The notes: generated by a model not told the origin, from the letters alone. A stretch of DNA of 63,087 nucleotides from Phoronis australis (GCA_002633005.1 NMRA01000679.1:17620-80706); one strand, 5' to 3'. Counted from the first letter of the stretch, positions 1 through 14,052 are shown. Translations and numbers: made by a program.

Positions 1-3000
1 AGGATAGCGTCATCTCACTACTAGGTGCCTACATACCAAATTTCATGAAAATCCGTTCAGGACTTTTGAAGATACAAAGGTAAGCGTAAAAAACTAAAAT
101 TGCCACTAGGGGGCACACCGGTAGTCGGATGCGTCCGAAAGTTCGCACATGCCGTCCCATTCATGAATGGAACATATGTGCCAAATTTCATGAACTTATG
201 TCATAGGGTTGTGGAGATAGATCAGCGGACGCCGGACGCCAGACGGACGCCACCCGTACGGACGGACGTACGGACGGAGATGACGGCATAATGCGTCTAC
301 ATATAAATATGCGGGCGCATAATAAAATTCATATAATTTTGCTGTGAACCATGCATAATAATACAATAATAAATGAAGAATCTGGTAACCGACAGTCTTG
401 GATTAAACTTTATATTCATTGTTAATTTTCAAGAAATCTTCTTAAGGTAACAATTCTAATCTCTAATTTACCTATAATGAGTAGAACTCCTCAGTAATTT
501 ATAATAATAATTTGTTTCAGTTTCTATACTTCAGAGTTAACATGTTATGACAAGGACCACTGTAGTACAAAGTGTTCATGTCTGCCATCTGTTCCTCAAA
601 ACATGATACGTTGTGCTATAACTCTTANTCTAACTAATAAGTGCCTACATATTAAATTTCATGAAAATCCGTTCAGGACTTTTGAAGATACAAAGGTAAG
701 CGTAAAAAACTAAAATTGCCACTAAGGGGCACACCGGTAGTCGGATCCGTCTGAAAGTTCGTACATGCCATCCCATTTATGAATGGAACATATGTGCCAA
801 ATTTCATGAACGTATGTCAAAGGGTTTTGGAGATAGAGCAGCGGACGCCGGACCCCGCCCGGACGGACGGACGGACAGACGGACGGACAGAGATGACGGC
901 ATAATGCGTCCACATATAAATATGTAAATATGTGGGCGCATAAAAATGGCCACTAGGTGGCTCAAACTACGTCGAATCCATCCAAAAACGGGAGGATAGC
1001 GTCATCTTACTAACAGGTGCCTATATACCAAATTTCATGAAAATCCGTTAAGGATTTTTGAAGATACAAAGGTTAGCGTAAAAAAAAATGCCTCTAGGGG
1101 GCACACCATTAGTCGGATCCATTCGAAAGTTCGCTCATGTCGTACCATCCACAAAAAGAACACGTGCAAAATTTCATGAACATACCTCAATCGGTTTTGG
1201 AGATAGAGCAGCAGACGCCGGATGGACGCCGCCATAACAGACGGATGCAGATGACGGCATAATGCGTTCACATACAAATATGTGGGCGCATCAAAATGGC
1301 CACTAGATGGCACAAACAGGTTGAATCTATCCGAAAACAACATCTAATCTTTTCTTTAATAACAAGAGCAACACAGAGCCTTGAAATGCGCCCATGAATG
1401 TATCGCTAACGGTGTGCTTCTAGAAGCGCATATTTGTATCATAAAAATCACCACAACATGATGCAAAATACATCGAATCCATCCGAAAATGGAAATATGA
1501 CATTGCTTCTTCAATAGAAAACTAGTTACCAAATTTCATAAAAAATCTGTCAAAACGTCAGAGCAGAGGAAAACGGGAAAAAAAACTGCCACAAAGGGGC
1601 ACACACTGTTCACCAGATTTGTCTGAAAGTCATCCTTGTCTGTTGTCAACTCCATATAAACACTTGCTGAATTTAATATCAAGTAGGTTTAGGATATAAA
1701 ACTATGAGCGCAAAAAAGCCAATAGGAGGCACCACAACAGTCAAATCATTGACAACCATCCTCTTTACACTAAGAAGACGTATGCCAATTTTCACAATCA
1801 TCCTTAGAATGGTTTAGTTGATAGAGGGGCCGACTCGAAACCACCACAAATGGTCATTAGGTGGTGCAAAATACCTAGATTCCATTCGAAAACCTGAGCA
1901 AAGCGCCACCTCCCCAATAGGTAAGAATATACACGCCAATTTTCACAATCATTCTTGGCTTGGTTGATAGCGGGCAGGACTCCAAAAAACAGATTTGATA
2001 GTGACTTACAACAAACATGAACAATATGAACACAACAGGACATAGCAACTACCAGTGGGGTAGGCCTGTCTCGTCATACGTAGGCCTACCTCACTGGTAG
2101 TTGCTATGTCCTGTTGTGTTCATATTGTTCACGTTTATTGTGTGTCACTATGTGGTCCCCTGTGCCATTTTATTTTAGATCTATCCACATGTATTCAGCA
2201 GTCAGTAGCACACCCTTGAAAAAGAGCGCATCGCTCGATACATGGGGATATTTTTAATATATTTTAGTACTAACACTCATCATTTTAGTTTTACTAGTTT
2301 TACTATATTATATTCTTAAAGTGGTTTGCATGTTAGAAGGGCGGACGCAAAAAAACGGACTCGAAAACAAGAGCATTGAAATGCGCCCACGAATGCGTCG
2401 CAAACGGTGCGCTTCTAGAGTTGTTTATTTGTTTCATAAAATGGCCACTAGATGGTTCAAAAACGTCCAATCCATCTGAAAACGGGCACGTGTCATCGCT
2501 TCTTCAATAGAAAGCTATTAACCAAATTTCATAAAAATCTGCCAAGAAATTTGAGAAACAGAGTAAAACGGAAAAAATGAAATTGCCCCTAAGGGCCACA
2601 GCGTTCGTTGGATTCGCCTGAAAGAACCTACAGTGGGTTTAGGAGATGCAACTATGGTCGCAAAACAAAACAAAACTAACAGTAATCAAAGTCATCATTG
2701 ACAACCCTCCTCTTCACACAGAACATGTACGCCAATTTCCTAAATTATTATCAGAATGGTTTGGTTAATCGTGGGGTGGACGCCAAAAAACAGACTCAAA
2801 AACACCAAAATTGGTCACCAGGTGGGCAAAGTACATAGATTCCATCAGAAAACAAGAGTATAGCATTAACTCATCAATAGGTGTGTCTATTCGAAATTTC
2901 TGAAAATCCATTGAGGGCCTTTGAAGGCACATGGGTAAACCTAAAAACTAAAATAACCAATATAGGGCACACGGGTAGTCAGATGCGTTCAAAAGTCGAC

Positions 3001-6000
3001 GTCGTCCACTTTCACCATCATATACATATACTTGCTAAGTTTAGTATAGATCCTTCAAACAGTTTAGGAGATAAAGTCATGGGCACAAAAAAATGCCACT
3101 AGGAGACGCTACAGTAGTCGAAGTTGTCGGAAAATAATCGTCAGTGGTCCTGTTCACAGTAGCAACACACATCGTAATTTTCAAACCCATCATTAGAACG
3201 GTTTGGTTGTTTGAGGGGTGGATTTGAAAACAGTAAGATTGGTCACAGGGTGGCGCAAGCTACATCGAATCCATCTGACAATGGGAGGATAGCGGCATTT
3301 AACTAATAGATGTCTACACGCCAAATTTTGTGAAAATACCTCGAGTTCATTTGAAGTTACAGACTTAGGTAAACGTAAAAAACTAAAATTGACTCCATAA
3401 TGAGATCCATTTGAAATCCCCCATAGTTCGTTGTCAACTTCATATAAATACACTAGCTAAATTTAATAAAGATGCTGCAAAAACTTTAGGAGATAAAGCC
3501 AAAAACTGCCACTAGGAGACACCACAGTAGCCAAAGTCGTCGGAAAATCATTGTCAGCCATTCTTATAGTGAGAACATACATGCCGATTTTCACAATTAT
3601 TCTTAGGGCGATTCGGTGTGGTGGACGCCAAAAACAGACTTGAAAACAGTAAAATGGCCACTAGGTGGCGTAAACTACGTTGAATCCATCCCAAAACGGG
3701 GGGATAGCGTCATCTCACTAATAGGTGTCTGTCAAATTTCATGAAAATACGTTCAAGACCTTTGAAGATACGAAGCTAATTGTAAAAAAATAGAATTGCC
3801 ACTAGGGGGAACACAGGTAGTCGCATCCGTTCGAAAGTTTGCTTATGCCGCTCCATCTATGAAAGGCACATGTGTGCAAAATTTCATGAAAATGCATCAA
3901 AGGGTTTTGGAGATAAAGCAGTGGACACCAGACGCCTGACGGACGGACAGAGGTGATGACATAATGTGTCCACACATAAACATGTGGGCTCATAAAAATG
4001 GATTCATGGAATCCATCTGAAAACGGGAGGATAGTGTCAACTCTATGAGCAAAATTTCATGAAAATCAGTTGAGGACCTAAGAAGATACAGTGGCAAACG
4101 TAAAAAAAAAATTGTCATTAGAGGGCAGAGCGGTGTTTGGGTCGGTCAGAAACTCGTCGTCGTGGGCGAATAAAAAGCTATTTATCAAGTTTAAGTCAAG
4201 GAACTTCAGAGAAACAGAGGACAACGGAAACAAATGAAATTGCCATAAGAGGGCACAGCGTTTGTCAGATGCGTTGTCAACTTCATCAAAATACTCCAGC
4301 TATGAAAGCAAAAAAAACAAAACTGCCAAATCTCAACATGATGCTGTGACAGGTTTAGGAGATACAGCTGCAGACGCCGCACGCCCAGGCAGAGATGACG
4401 GCAATATGCACAAACGTATAAATACATGTGCGTATAAAAAAGAACACTAGGTGGCGCAAAATATATCAAATGTGTCAGAAAATGGAAGGATGGCGTCTTC
4501 TCATTAATAGATGCCTATGTGCCAAGTTTCATGAAAATCCATTGAGGACCTTTGAAAATACAGAGATCACCGTAAAAATGTAAAATTGTCACTAGCGGAC
4601 ACATCAGTAGTCAACTACATCCAAAATTTATCGTCATTTGTCGTCAACTTGATCGAAACACACCTGTCAAATCTCATTAGGATCCTGTGAGGGGTTTCGG
4701 AGATGAGACTGCAAATACTGGATGCTGAATGCACGGACCAACAAAGATGACAGCAATATGCTCCCACAAATAAATACGTGGTCACATTAAAATGATCATT
4801 AGGTGGCACAAAATATCTCAAATCCATCTGAAAACACAAGGACAACGTCATCTCACTAATAGATGCCTATGTGCAAACATTTTTTGAAAATCTGTTGAGA
4901 ACCTCTGAAGATGAAGAGGTAAACGTAAAAAATAAAAATTGCTGCTAGGGGCCACCCCGGTAATCACATAGGTGGGAAATTTGTCATAGTCAGACTGGTC
5001 TGAAAGTCGTCATCCCTCGTCAGATTCATAGAAGCACACTGAGTCGTCATCCTCACAATAAAAACATTAACGCCAATATTCAAAATCATTCTTAGAGTGA
5101 TTTAATTGACAGACGGGCGAACTCAAAAACACTAAAAATGGCCACTAGATGGCACAAATACATATAGAATCCATCAGAAAGCAGGAACATGTCATAGTTT
5201 TTTAATAGAAAGCTACTTAACAAATTTCATAAATATCTGTCCAGGAACTTCAGAAAAACAATGGGACACAAAACAAGAGCAACGCGGAGCGTTAAAATGC
5301 GCCCACAAATGCATCGCAAATGGTGTGCTTTTAGGGTTCCTAATTTGTGTCATAAAAATGCCCACTAGATATGGCACAAAAACAACTAATCCATCTGAAA
5401 ACAGGAACATGTCATTGCTTCATTAATAGAAAGCGATACACCAAATTCCATGCAAATCCATCACGGAACTTCAGAGAAATAAAGGAAAACAGAATAAAAT
5501 GAAATTGTCACTAGGGGGCACAGTGTTCAATGGATCCGCCTGAAAGTAGTCAATGTCTGTTGTTAGCTTCATATAAATACACTTACAAAATTTAATGAAG
5601 ATCCTGCTGTGGGTTTAGCAGATACAGAAATGGGAGCAAAACAAAATAAAACTACCACTAGGTGGCTGGCGCCAGATTAGTCAAAGTCGTCATCATCAAT
5701 TGTCCTCTTCACACTGAGTACATACATGCCAATTTTCAAAACCATCCTTAGAATAATTTGGTGTATAGAGAGGTAGACGCCAAAAAACAGACTTAAAAAC
5801 AGCAAAAATGGCCACTAGCTGGCGAAAAGTACCTCGATTCCATCTGAAAACGGGAGGATAGCATCATCTCACCAACAGAGCTTCGAATTCAAAATTGTAT
5901 GAAAATCTGTTGAGGACCTTTGAACATACAGAAGTAAATGTAAGAAGAAACTGCCACTAGGAGGCGCCACAGTATTCGAAGTTGTCGGAAAATCATCCTC

Positions 6001-7196
6001 AGCCATCCACATCATAGTGAAAACATACATGCCCATTTTCAGTTATCCTGGAAGCCGTTTGGTTGATAGAGGGGTGGACGCCAAAAAACAGACTAGAAAA
6101 CAGTAAAAATGGCCACTAGGTGGCGCAAACTAGGTCGAATCCATCTGAAAACAGAAAGATAGGGTCACCTCACTAATAGAAGACTGTACGCCAAACTTTA
6201 TGAAATTATGTTCAGGACCATTGAAGCTACAGAGGTAAACGTAAAAAAATAAAATTGCCACTAGGTGGCACACCAGTAGTCAGATCTGTCCGAAACTCAT
6301 CGTCTATTGCCAACATCATATAGATGTACTTACTAAATTTAGTAAAGATGCTGCGAACGGTTTAGGAGATATAGCCATAGGCGCAAAAAACAACAAAACT
6401 GCCACTAGGAGGCGCCAGAGAAATCAAAGTTGTTGGAAAATCATCGTCAACTGTCCTCTTCATAGTAAGAACATACATGCCAAACTTCACAATCATGCTT
6501 AAAGTGGTTTGGTTGATAGAGGAGTGGATGTCAAAAAACAGATCCAAAAACAGTAAAAATGGCCACTAGGTGGTGCAAACTACGTTGAATCCATCCAAAA
6601 ACAGGAGGATGTTGTTGTCTCACAAGTAGATGACTGCATACCAAATCTTATGAAAATAGGTTAAAAACCTTCGAAGATACAGAAGTTACGTACAAAAATT
6701 AAACTGCCACTAGGGGGCACAGTGGTAGTTGGATCCGTCTGAAATTTTGCTCCTGCCGTCCCATTCATGCAAGGAACGCATGTGCAAAATATCATGAACA
6801 TATGTCAATCGGTTTTGGAGATAGAGCAGCGGATGCCGGACGACGGATGCACGCCACCCGGAAGGACGGACGGATGCATATGACGGCATAATGCGTCCAC
6901 ATATAAATATTTGGGCGCATAAAAATGAAATTGCCACTGAAAGTCATCATCGTCAGTTGTTAACTTCATATTAATACACTTGCTAAACTTAATCTTGCTG
7001 AGGGTATAGAACATACAGCCATGGGTGTAGTTGTCATCTGTCCTCTTCAAAGTAGGAATATCGCTGTCAATGTTCACAATCATCCTTAAAGTGGTTTGAT
7101 TGACACCTAGAGACTCGCATACAGTAAAAATGGCCATTACGTAACACAAAATACCTCGAATCCATTCAAAAACAGGGGGACAGCGTCACCTCACTA
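1..7196 (-). mobile_element. Cluster of nested, co-oriented HINE copies
   Basis: Family 5' ends (plus strand ATATGTGGGCGCATAA) at ~320, 941, 1291, 3995, 4435, 4790 and 6922. Family 3' ends (ACAAGAGCAACGC...AATGCGCCCA) at ~1361, 2367 and 5273. Copies 2367-3995 and 5273-6922 interrupt older copies at A-runs. Confidence 0.85.
1998..2320. mobile_element. Penelope-like element fragment: ~70-bp-arm inverted repeat plus hammerhead-like motif
   Basis: Arms 1998-2067 and 2082-2151 are reverse complements with a few mismatches. At 2213-2247 lies CCCTTGAAAAAGAGCGCATCGCTCGATACATGGGG, with a GAGCG/CGCTC stem between CTTGAAAAA and GA(T)AC. Confidence 0.5.
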
Positions 7197-7198
7197 AC

Positions 7199-8502
7199 TG
7201 ACCTATCGCCAGGATTACGACTAACAGCTTAACTGACCAATCAGAACGCAGCATTCTCAACACACTTTCGTCTGCATTTAAAAGCCGCTATTTTACCCGA
7301 CAAACAATACGTTGTCATGTAAAACACATTTTAGTCTATTGCTCGGGAAATTGCGTAATAATAATGGTGATATGGTGTTGATATGGCTCAATGGCGTGTG
7401 TAATTCTGACAGCCGTTATGCAGCTCGAGAAGAATATCCCGTCATTTTTTGGGCATCTCCTATGCTGAAAAGTGATGTCGAAAAGTTTAAACTAGGTATC
7501 AAACTGTGAGACCGGCTGTTGAACTTGGCAATGTTGCTTGATTACTCGAAGGTTAAACACAAACATATTTGTTCCAAGAAACACACTTTTCAGTTTGGTG
7601 GCTATAGTGTAGGCGTATCCGAGTTTCACTCGTCTGGCCACCTTTGTCTAAGCACCAACTGGATCTCAGCACTATAGTCCCTAAAAATTTACTATTTTTT
7701 CAGTTATTTCGATACATTTTTGTCTATAATATTACCCGTAAGCTGGCGTTCATCTGAACTTTCTTTCAAAATTGAGAGATTCGATCAGCACGAGGAGGGG
7801 CACTGGATTACTGAACTCAAAGCCTTGTTCAAGGTCTTGTCACAAAAAAAATAAACAGTTGAATTACTTTTTGATGAGAACATCTAGTACACACTATGCC
7901 TGTAGAGTTGGACAAGATAAGTGTATACTTGAACTATAAGTCTGAGTTTATTTAATCGAACTTTTTCGTTCGAAGATTAGAAAAGCATAAAAAGTGCTAT
8001 CGATTCGACCTACTTTACTCGAGGAATCCTACGGGCAGTTGTGACCTACTTTTTCATTTGGGAGATTTTGGCAGACAACAGAATAAAAATATTGGTGAAT
8101 CTTCACTGATTTTGTTCGAAAGATCCTAAAATCTATGGCATCGTGCAGATAATTCGACTTTAAGGTACATACCCAGCTTTACATGAACATATCGCATCAA
8201 TGGCCATGTCATTTGTCAGCTGAACATTGTGTGGGGTTCTTCAGATTTTCGCTGGCTCAAAATACGTTTCCTCGAACACTTATTTTTTCAACGTCACCTT
8301 TGCAAATTCCCACATCATAAATGTAGTATTCTTTGCTGAAAGGCATTGCCTGCTGCCTTTGTCCTCTCGTTTTCAGATAGTGCAGAAAACGCTTGTCGAT
8401 TCCACCAGGAACGTCGTTTAGTCACAGTGTATTTGCCTCTGACATCTTGTTTATCGGGTGTCACGTGACTTTTCACAAGGGGGTGGAACTTGTGATAGGT
8501 CA
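7199..8502. mobile_element. Non-autonomous TIR DNA transposon, superfamily unresolved
   Basis: Ends TGACCTATCGCCAG and CTTGTGATAGGTCA are imperfect inverted repeats. It interrupts the HINE consensus between CTCACTAA and T(A/T)GATGCC. Confidence 0.6.
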
Positions 8503-9728
8503 ATTGATGCCTCTCTGCCAAAATATTTGAAAATTGACTGAGGACCTTTGGAGATACAAAAGTAGATGTAAAAAACTAAAATTGCCACTAGGGGGCCCAG
8601 CGTTCGTCCGATCCGTCCAAGTGTTGTCTTTGTTCATTTTTAGCTTCATATAAATAACCTTGCCAAATTTAATAATGAATCTGCTAACCGTTTATGAGAT
8701 ACAGCCAAAAAATCAACAACACTGCCACTAGAAGGGGCTACAGTATTCTAAGTCATCTGATAATCATGGTCAGCCATCCTCTCACAGTAAGAACATATGC
8801 TACTTTTTACAATCATCCCCACTGTGTTTTGGTTGACAGAGTGACGGATGTAAAAAACAATCTCAAAAAGTACGAAATAACAACTAGGTGGCACAATACA
8901 CCTCACATGCATCCAAAAATGGGATCATAACATTACCTCACTAATTGATGCCTATCTTTTCAATTTTATGAAAATCCATTGTGGCTTTTGAAGATAGAGA
9001 GGTAAACTAAACAAATCAAAATTGCCACTAGAGGGCACACTGATAGCCTGATCAGTCCAAAAGTCTCCGTGGTTTGTTGTCAACTTCATATCAACAAGCT
9101 TTCTAAATTTATTAAAGATCCTGCAGACTGCTTAAGAGGCAAAGCCACGAGTGCAAAAACAAACAAAACTTGTCACCAGAAGGCGCCACATTACTGGAAA
9201 TTGTCGGAAAATCATTTTCAGATGCATTCCTCACAGTAAGAACATATATGTATATTTTTAGAATCACAGTTATAGTGGTTTGGTTGATACAGGGGCAGAT
9301 GCCGAAAAAAGTAAAAGTGGCCACTAACTGGCAAATATTTCAAATCCATCTGAAAACAGACGCCAGACACCCAGGCCGAAATGGCAACACGAAACTGTCA
9401 AAGAACTGTGAAGATACAGAATGTAAACATAAAAAAGAAAATTACCACTAGGGGGTACACCGCTAGTCTGATGCATCCAATAGCTGCAGGTAGCTGTAGT
9501 GATATCTCTAATGTAAAACTAATTCTTTCAAAATTTCCAAAAATCCTTTGAAGTAGTGGAATACAGCGGAGGAAAAAACACAAATATCTCCATCAGGTTG
9601 CAGTTGTCACATCCACAATAAATGTCTTCTTATCAGAAAAAAAAACTGACTATAAAAACAAAAATAGCCACCAGGTAGTGTAGGAATATATCAAATACAT
9701 ATGAAAATTGAAGGCTATTGACATCTCC
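8503..9728 (-). mobile_element. Degenerate HINE subunits
   Basis: Same subunit motifs, e.g. ATTGCCACTAGGGGGC at 8581 and CTGCCACTAGAAGGG at ~8722. Confidence 0.75.
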
Positions 9729-9732
9729 TTAA

Positions 9733-11558
9733 AGTCCTTCTCTCAAACTGCCCATGTGGTTCCAGTATCCGAAAATACTTACTACATAAATTCTTATTTT
9801 CGACACCCTTTCTTTATATTCTTTTCGCCTTTCTTGCCAAAAGCGATTTTTTAACAGTATTTGACCCTTCTCTGTGAGCGTATAATTACCGGCTGTCATC
9901 AGTTATTTCCGTACCCACATTTCCGGCTCATCAGTTCAGGAAGATGTCCTGAACCCCGCCATTTTTTCCTTGTAACTGAATGTGCTATGGCTTGCTTGAA
10001 AAGTCTTCATTATTTTGTTTTATTAGTAATATCTCGTGATTCATTTGCATATGTAGTGTATTTATAGTTTGTAGTTAGTGGTCGTTGATTTTTTTTGGAA
10101 TGTTACGCGTACTTAGTATGTTAAAGTAGAATTGGTGTTTAGTTCCTTACGTAGGCCGGTCGAACCTAGGAACCAATATGGGTCGAACCAATTTTTTTTC
10201 GGTTTTATTTTTTCTCGTTTTGAAAAAGTACTTTGCTATCATCGGAAAGGTAGTACATTCTACTCAGTAAAAATCGAAAAAGTATCAAAATCGGGGCAAG
10301 CACTGTAAAGTTATTGCAGGTTTTGTGGCGAAATTTGGGTCACTTTGTTTGGATCGTGTCGGCCATATTGGAGGACAGCGGGATAAGTTACGAGTTTAAA
10401 ACTTTGTGTAAATTGTTTTCGCCAACAAATTTCCATGAAATTTAGTTAGACATATCTTTACTTATTATTCTGCACGATTTAACAGAGTTTACCAAATTTC
10501 AGCCTCGCAGTTGTTACTCATTAAGTGATAAATGTACTCACAATTCCCGTTGAACTTCGTCTCATTTCTGGCGCCACCGACATCATGGCGACTTTTGCTG
10601 AACTGAAAGGCATGTTCAATCGGCTACTTTGTAATTTGTGAAGATTTAACGTAGATACATTTTGACAAACGTTGCTACAAAAAAGAAACTCAGTTCAATT
10701 TTCGTGTTTTTGTGTAAAAACATAAGATATATTCAAATTATTTTACTGTAAATTTCCCATTCAGTTGAAATAATTTTGAAATGGTTTTTTGTTTGACTGT
10801 TAACTGCCGTTCAAGACTTGATTTGGTGTCACAAAATGATTCATATTTTTCTAAATTTTAAGTCTCAATTGCTTTCAAGTAATGTTTTGTAACTTATTGC
10901 TTCTTAATTCAGGTTATCAAGTCAACAATATGAATAACCTTAATTTGAGAAATAAGCTATGTTGGATTGTGAAGCTTCAAGCCTCTAATTCTTGTTCCTT
11001 GCAACTTCATATTTTTTTAAATGATGCTTGTCAAATTCTGGTGTAAGGAAACACTATTCCGTCACCATGGTAATAGTTACATGTATGTCCACTTTCATAT
11101 CACGGAAACTGTTGCTGTTGAATAGTGTTTGTAATGCTAAATGTAAAGTATTTTGCATTTTAAGTTACTTATTATGTTAAAAGTTTGAATCATTTTGGGT
11201 TAATGAATAAAAAATGATAACATGTTGTATTGGGCTTGTCATACTTATGTGCTCGAACGAGCCCCCTTTTTGGAGAACTGGAAAAAGGTCTGCCTCAATC
11301 ACAGAAGCACGAATTCTGAAAAAAGTAGAAAATGAGACAATATTCCACTAGAAGACAGGAAGTACCAAAATTTAGAGTCTTATAGTAAAAGATAGACATT
11401 CCCAAAAATTCCAGCCCCCCCCATTCTTTTAGGCTTGGTGCGCTCATACAAAGTCCGGGAAAATCTCTATTGAAAGCCAACAACTTTGCACAGTTTCCCC
11501 AGAAGTACCCAAGTTCTAAATAAACTTCGTTTGAGCGAGCGCTGTGGCCAGCGACCAG
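9733..11558. mobile_element. Truncated copy of the Kolobok-like TTAA element (paralog of 30971-33495)
   Basis: Starts TTAA|AGTCCTTCTCTCA. Colinear with high identity to 30971-32837. The right TIR is missing. Confidence 0.8.
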
Positions 11559-12009
11559 TGGATACTTTCATAAGGTAACTACAAAGTCAATTTGATTCCT
11601 ATTTAGTTAGCATAGAGCCTGTTTTTAGAGTTACATTAATTAGTATTGCACATTTCGTTATTTGCAACAGTTGGCTTCACAACATATTTATTGTTAACTA
11701 GGTGAACCATTTAATGCAGCAGAATAATTTAAAAACTTTCCAATTCATGTTAATGGAAATTTAGAAGGCATATTTAAACAAGCCAAACAAATGAACGCAA
11801 ATGCAAAGGTGCAGCATAGACCACTGCATTTAATTGTAATTTGTCTCAGATGAAGAAGTGAGGGCCTTTGCAGATACAGAAGCAAATGTAGCCCTATGTT
11901 GTCAACCCACAGAAACACACCTGCTTAATTTAAATAAGATCCTGCAAGGGGTTTAGAAGATACAGCCGGAAGATAAGACGACATATAATATGTGGGTGCT
12001 TAAAAATGT

Positions 12010-12450
12010 TCACGAACAAATTTACACATACCTTAATCAACATGATATACACTTCTCAGGATGGGTTTTGCACCAATCACTTGGCTGAACAATCTACCCT
12101 CGAGCTGATCAACAGAATCTTTGAATATCTTGATAATAACTTAACACCAATACACCTACCATTTTCAAAATATGGTATGGTGAACACAGAATTTACTGGT
12201 TTTTTAGTCACCTACACAATATGTTGCATACAACAATTCATCATCAATATCAAACATCTTTACTGTAGTTCCCTCAGGCTCAATATTAGGCCTACTGTTA
12301 CTAATAATTTACAATTTAATGATCTACACTCTATTACCCCAACAAATGTCCTCATGTACGCTGATGACAATTGTCAACTAACTCCCATAGTTCTGAATTC
12401 ATTGACAGAGAACTATAACAACGCAGATTCTATTTGCAGTCAATTACAAA
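12010..12450 (+). pseudogene. CR1/L2-type reverse transcriptase remnant
   Basis: QDGF..NH...STLELINRIFEYLDN, a frameshifted VP.GSILG-like motif at ~12265-12300, and LMYADD. Confidence 0.7.
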
Positions 12451-12454
12451 TTAT

Positions 12455-13940
12455 GCCATAGGTGGTGCAAACTACACTAAATCCATCCAAAAATGAGAGG
12501 ACAGCGTCATCTTACTAATAAATTCCTATATGCCAAATTTTATGAAAATACGTTGAGGACCTTTGAATATACTGAAGTAAACATCACAAACTAAAATTGC
12601 CACCAGTCCGACAGTTCGCTTGTGTCATCCCATCCACTAAAGGAATACATGTGCAAAATTTCATGAACATACGTCAAAGGGTTTTGGAGACAGAGCACCG
12701 GATGCCGGATGGGGATAACGGTATAATGCGTCCACATAAAAATATGTGGGCGCATAAGAATACAGGAGAATAGCATCATCTGATTAATAGATGCTTATTG
12801 CCAAGTTTCACGAAAATCCGTTGAGTACATTTGAAGATACAGATGTAACCTTAAAAAGTCAAATTGACCCTAGGGGGCAGTCGGGTACATCAGAAATTTG
12901 TGGTCATTTGTCGTCAAATGCATAGAAACACACCTGCCAAAATCTCATCAAGATTCTGTGAGGGGTTTATGAGATACAGGTGCTGATGCCAGATGCCCAG
13001 AGAGACCGATGACGGTGATATGGTCCAACATTTAAATATGTGGGCACATAATAATGGCCAGTAAGTGGTGCAAAATACCTCAAATCTATCTGAAAACAAG
13101 AGGACAGTGTCATAACACTAATAGATGCCTATCTATAAAATTTTATGAAAATCCGTTGAGGACCTCCAAATAATAAAATTACCAGTAATTGGATAGGTAG
13201 AAAATTTGCTGTCATCAGACCAGTCTGAAAGTTGCCATCATCCGTTGTCAAGTTCATAAAAACATATCTGTCAAATCTCAATGTGATCTTGCAAGGGGCT
13301 TAGGAGATACAACTAAGCCCATCGGATTACGGATGTCGAGACAGTGATGACGGCAATATGCACCCACAAATAAGTCGGCACATAAAAGCGATTGCTAGGT
13401 GGTGCAAAATATGTTAAATTCAACTGAAAATGTTAATTATTAGCTGAATTTCATGCAAAACAGTCAAATATAGATAGTTAAAACAAGAACAGACTAGAAA
13501 ACAACACAAATGGTCACATGTGGCACACAATAGATCGAATGCATCCAAAATTACAAAGAAGTTGTCCTTTCCTTCATAGAAATCTATTTGCCGAAAATCA
13601 TGAATGTTATCCAAATGTACAGAGGCAAATGAAAACAGTAGCAATTGCCACAGAGGGGTGGTGCGGCATTCTCAACGGTTCATAACTATAGTTATTATCT
13701 GCTATCAGCTCCATAAGAATTTCACACAAAACTCTTTCAAATGCTTATTTAGATATAGTCCCACCCCAGAAAATTGAATCAAAAATAAAATGCATCATCA
13801 TCTCCTTAATTAATAAACCTCTATTTTGCTAAATTTCATGGAAATCCATCCAGAAACTCCAAAGATACAGAAGCAAATGTAGCAAAATTGTATGAGGGCA
13901 CAGCTAGAGTCAGATCTGTCCAAAACTAGTCATAACCTTA
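12455..13940 (-). mobile_element. Degenerate nested HINE copies
   Basis: Family 5' ends at ~12755, 13050 and 13383; same subunit motifs. Confidence 0.75.
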
Positions 13941-13984
13941 AAACCACTCAGAAAAGATACCTTTTAGAACCAAAAATAGCGTAC

Positions 13985-14052
13985 CTTGCATAGAATGTGT
14001 ACAGCCGTTTTGTCCATATCTCACAAACTTGTTTCACTACCGGGTTCGCCCT
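13985..14052 (-). CDS. Candidate isolated exon (RANPVVKQVCEIWTKRLYTFYA), gene unknown
   Basis: Pyrimidine-rich acceptor (tttttcttgttttcttctataacgttag), donor AAG|gtacgc, 68 nt, one open frame. Confidence 0.3.

Noticed and set aside
100-7149. Family of short paralogous ORFs (LLYLQN.., CRHL..)
   Set aside because: These are translations of the non-coding HINE repeat. Frames and stops differ between copies, and many starts are TTG/GTG.
1-7196. Regularly spaced GCCACTAGG repeats as a CRISPR array
   Set aside because: The intervening sequences are themselves homologous repeats, spacing is >110 bp, no cas genes are present, and the context is eukaryotic.
11540-11560. Truncation of Kolobok-like copy 1 exactly where copy 2 reads CAG|GTAAG (32835-32842), suggesting splicing
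   Set aside because: The sequence following in copy 1 does not match any downstream part of copy 2, and the upstream TIR is retained. A single coincidence is more likely.
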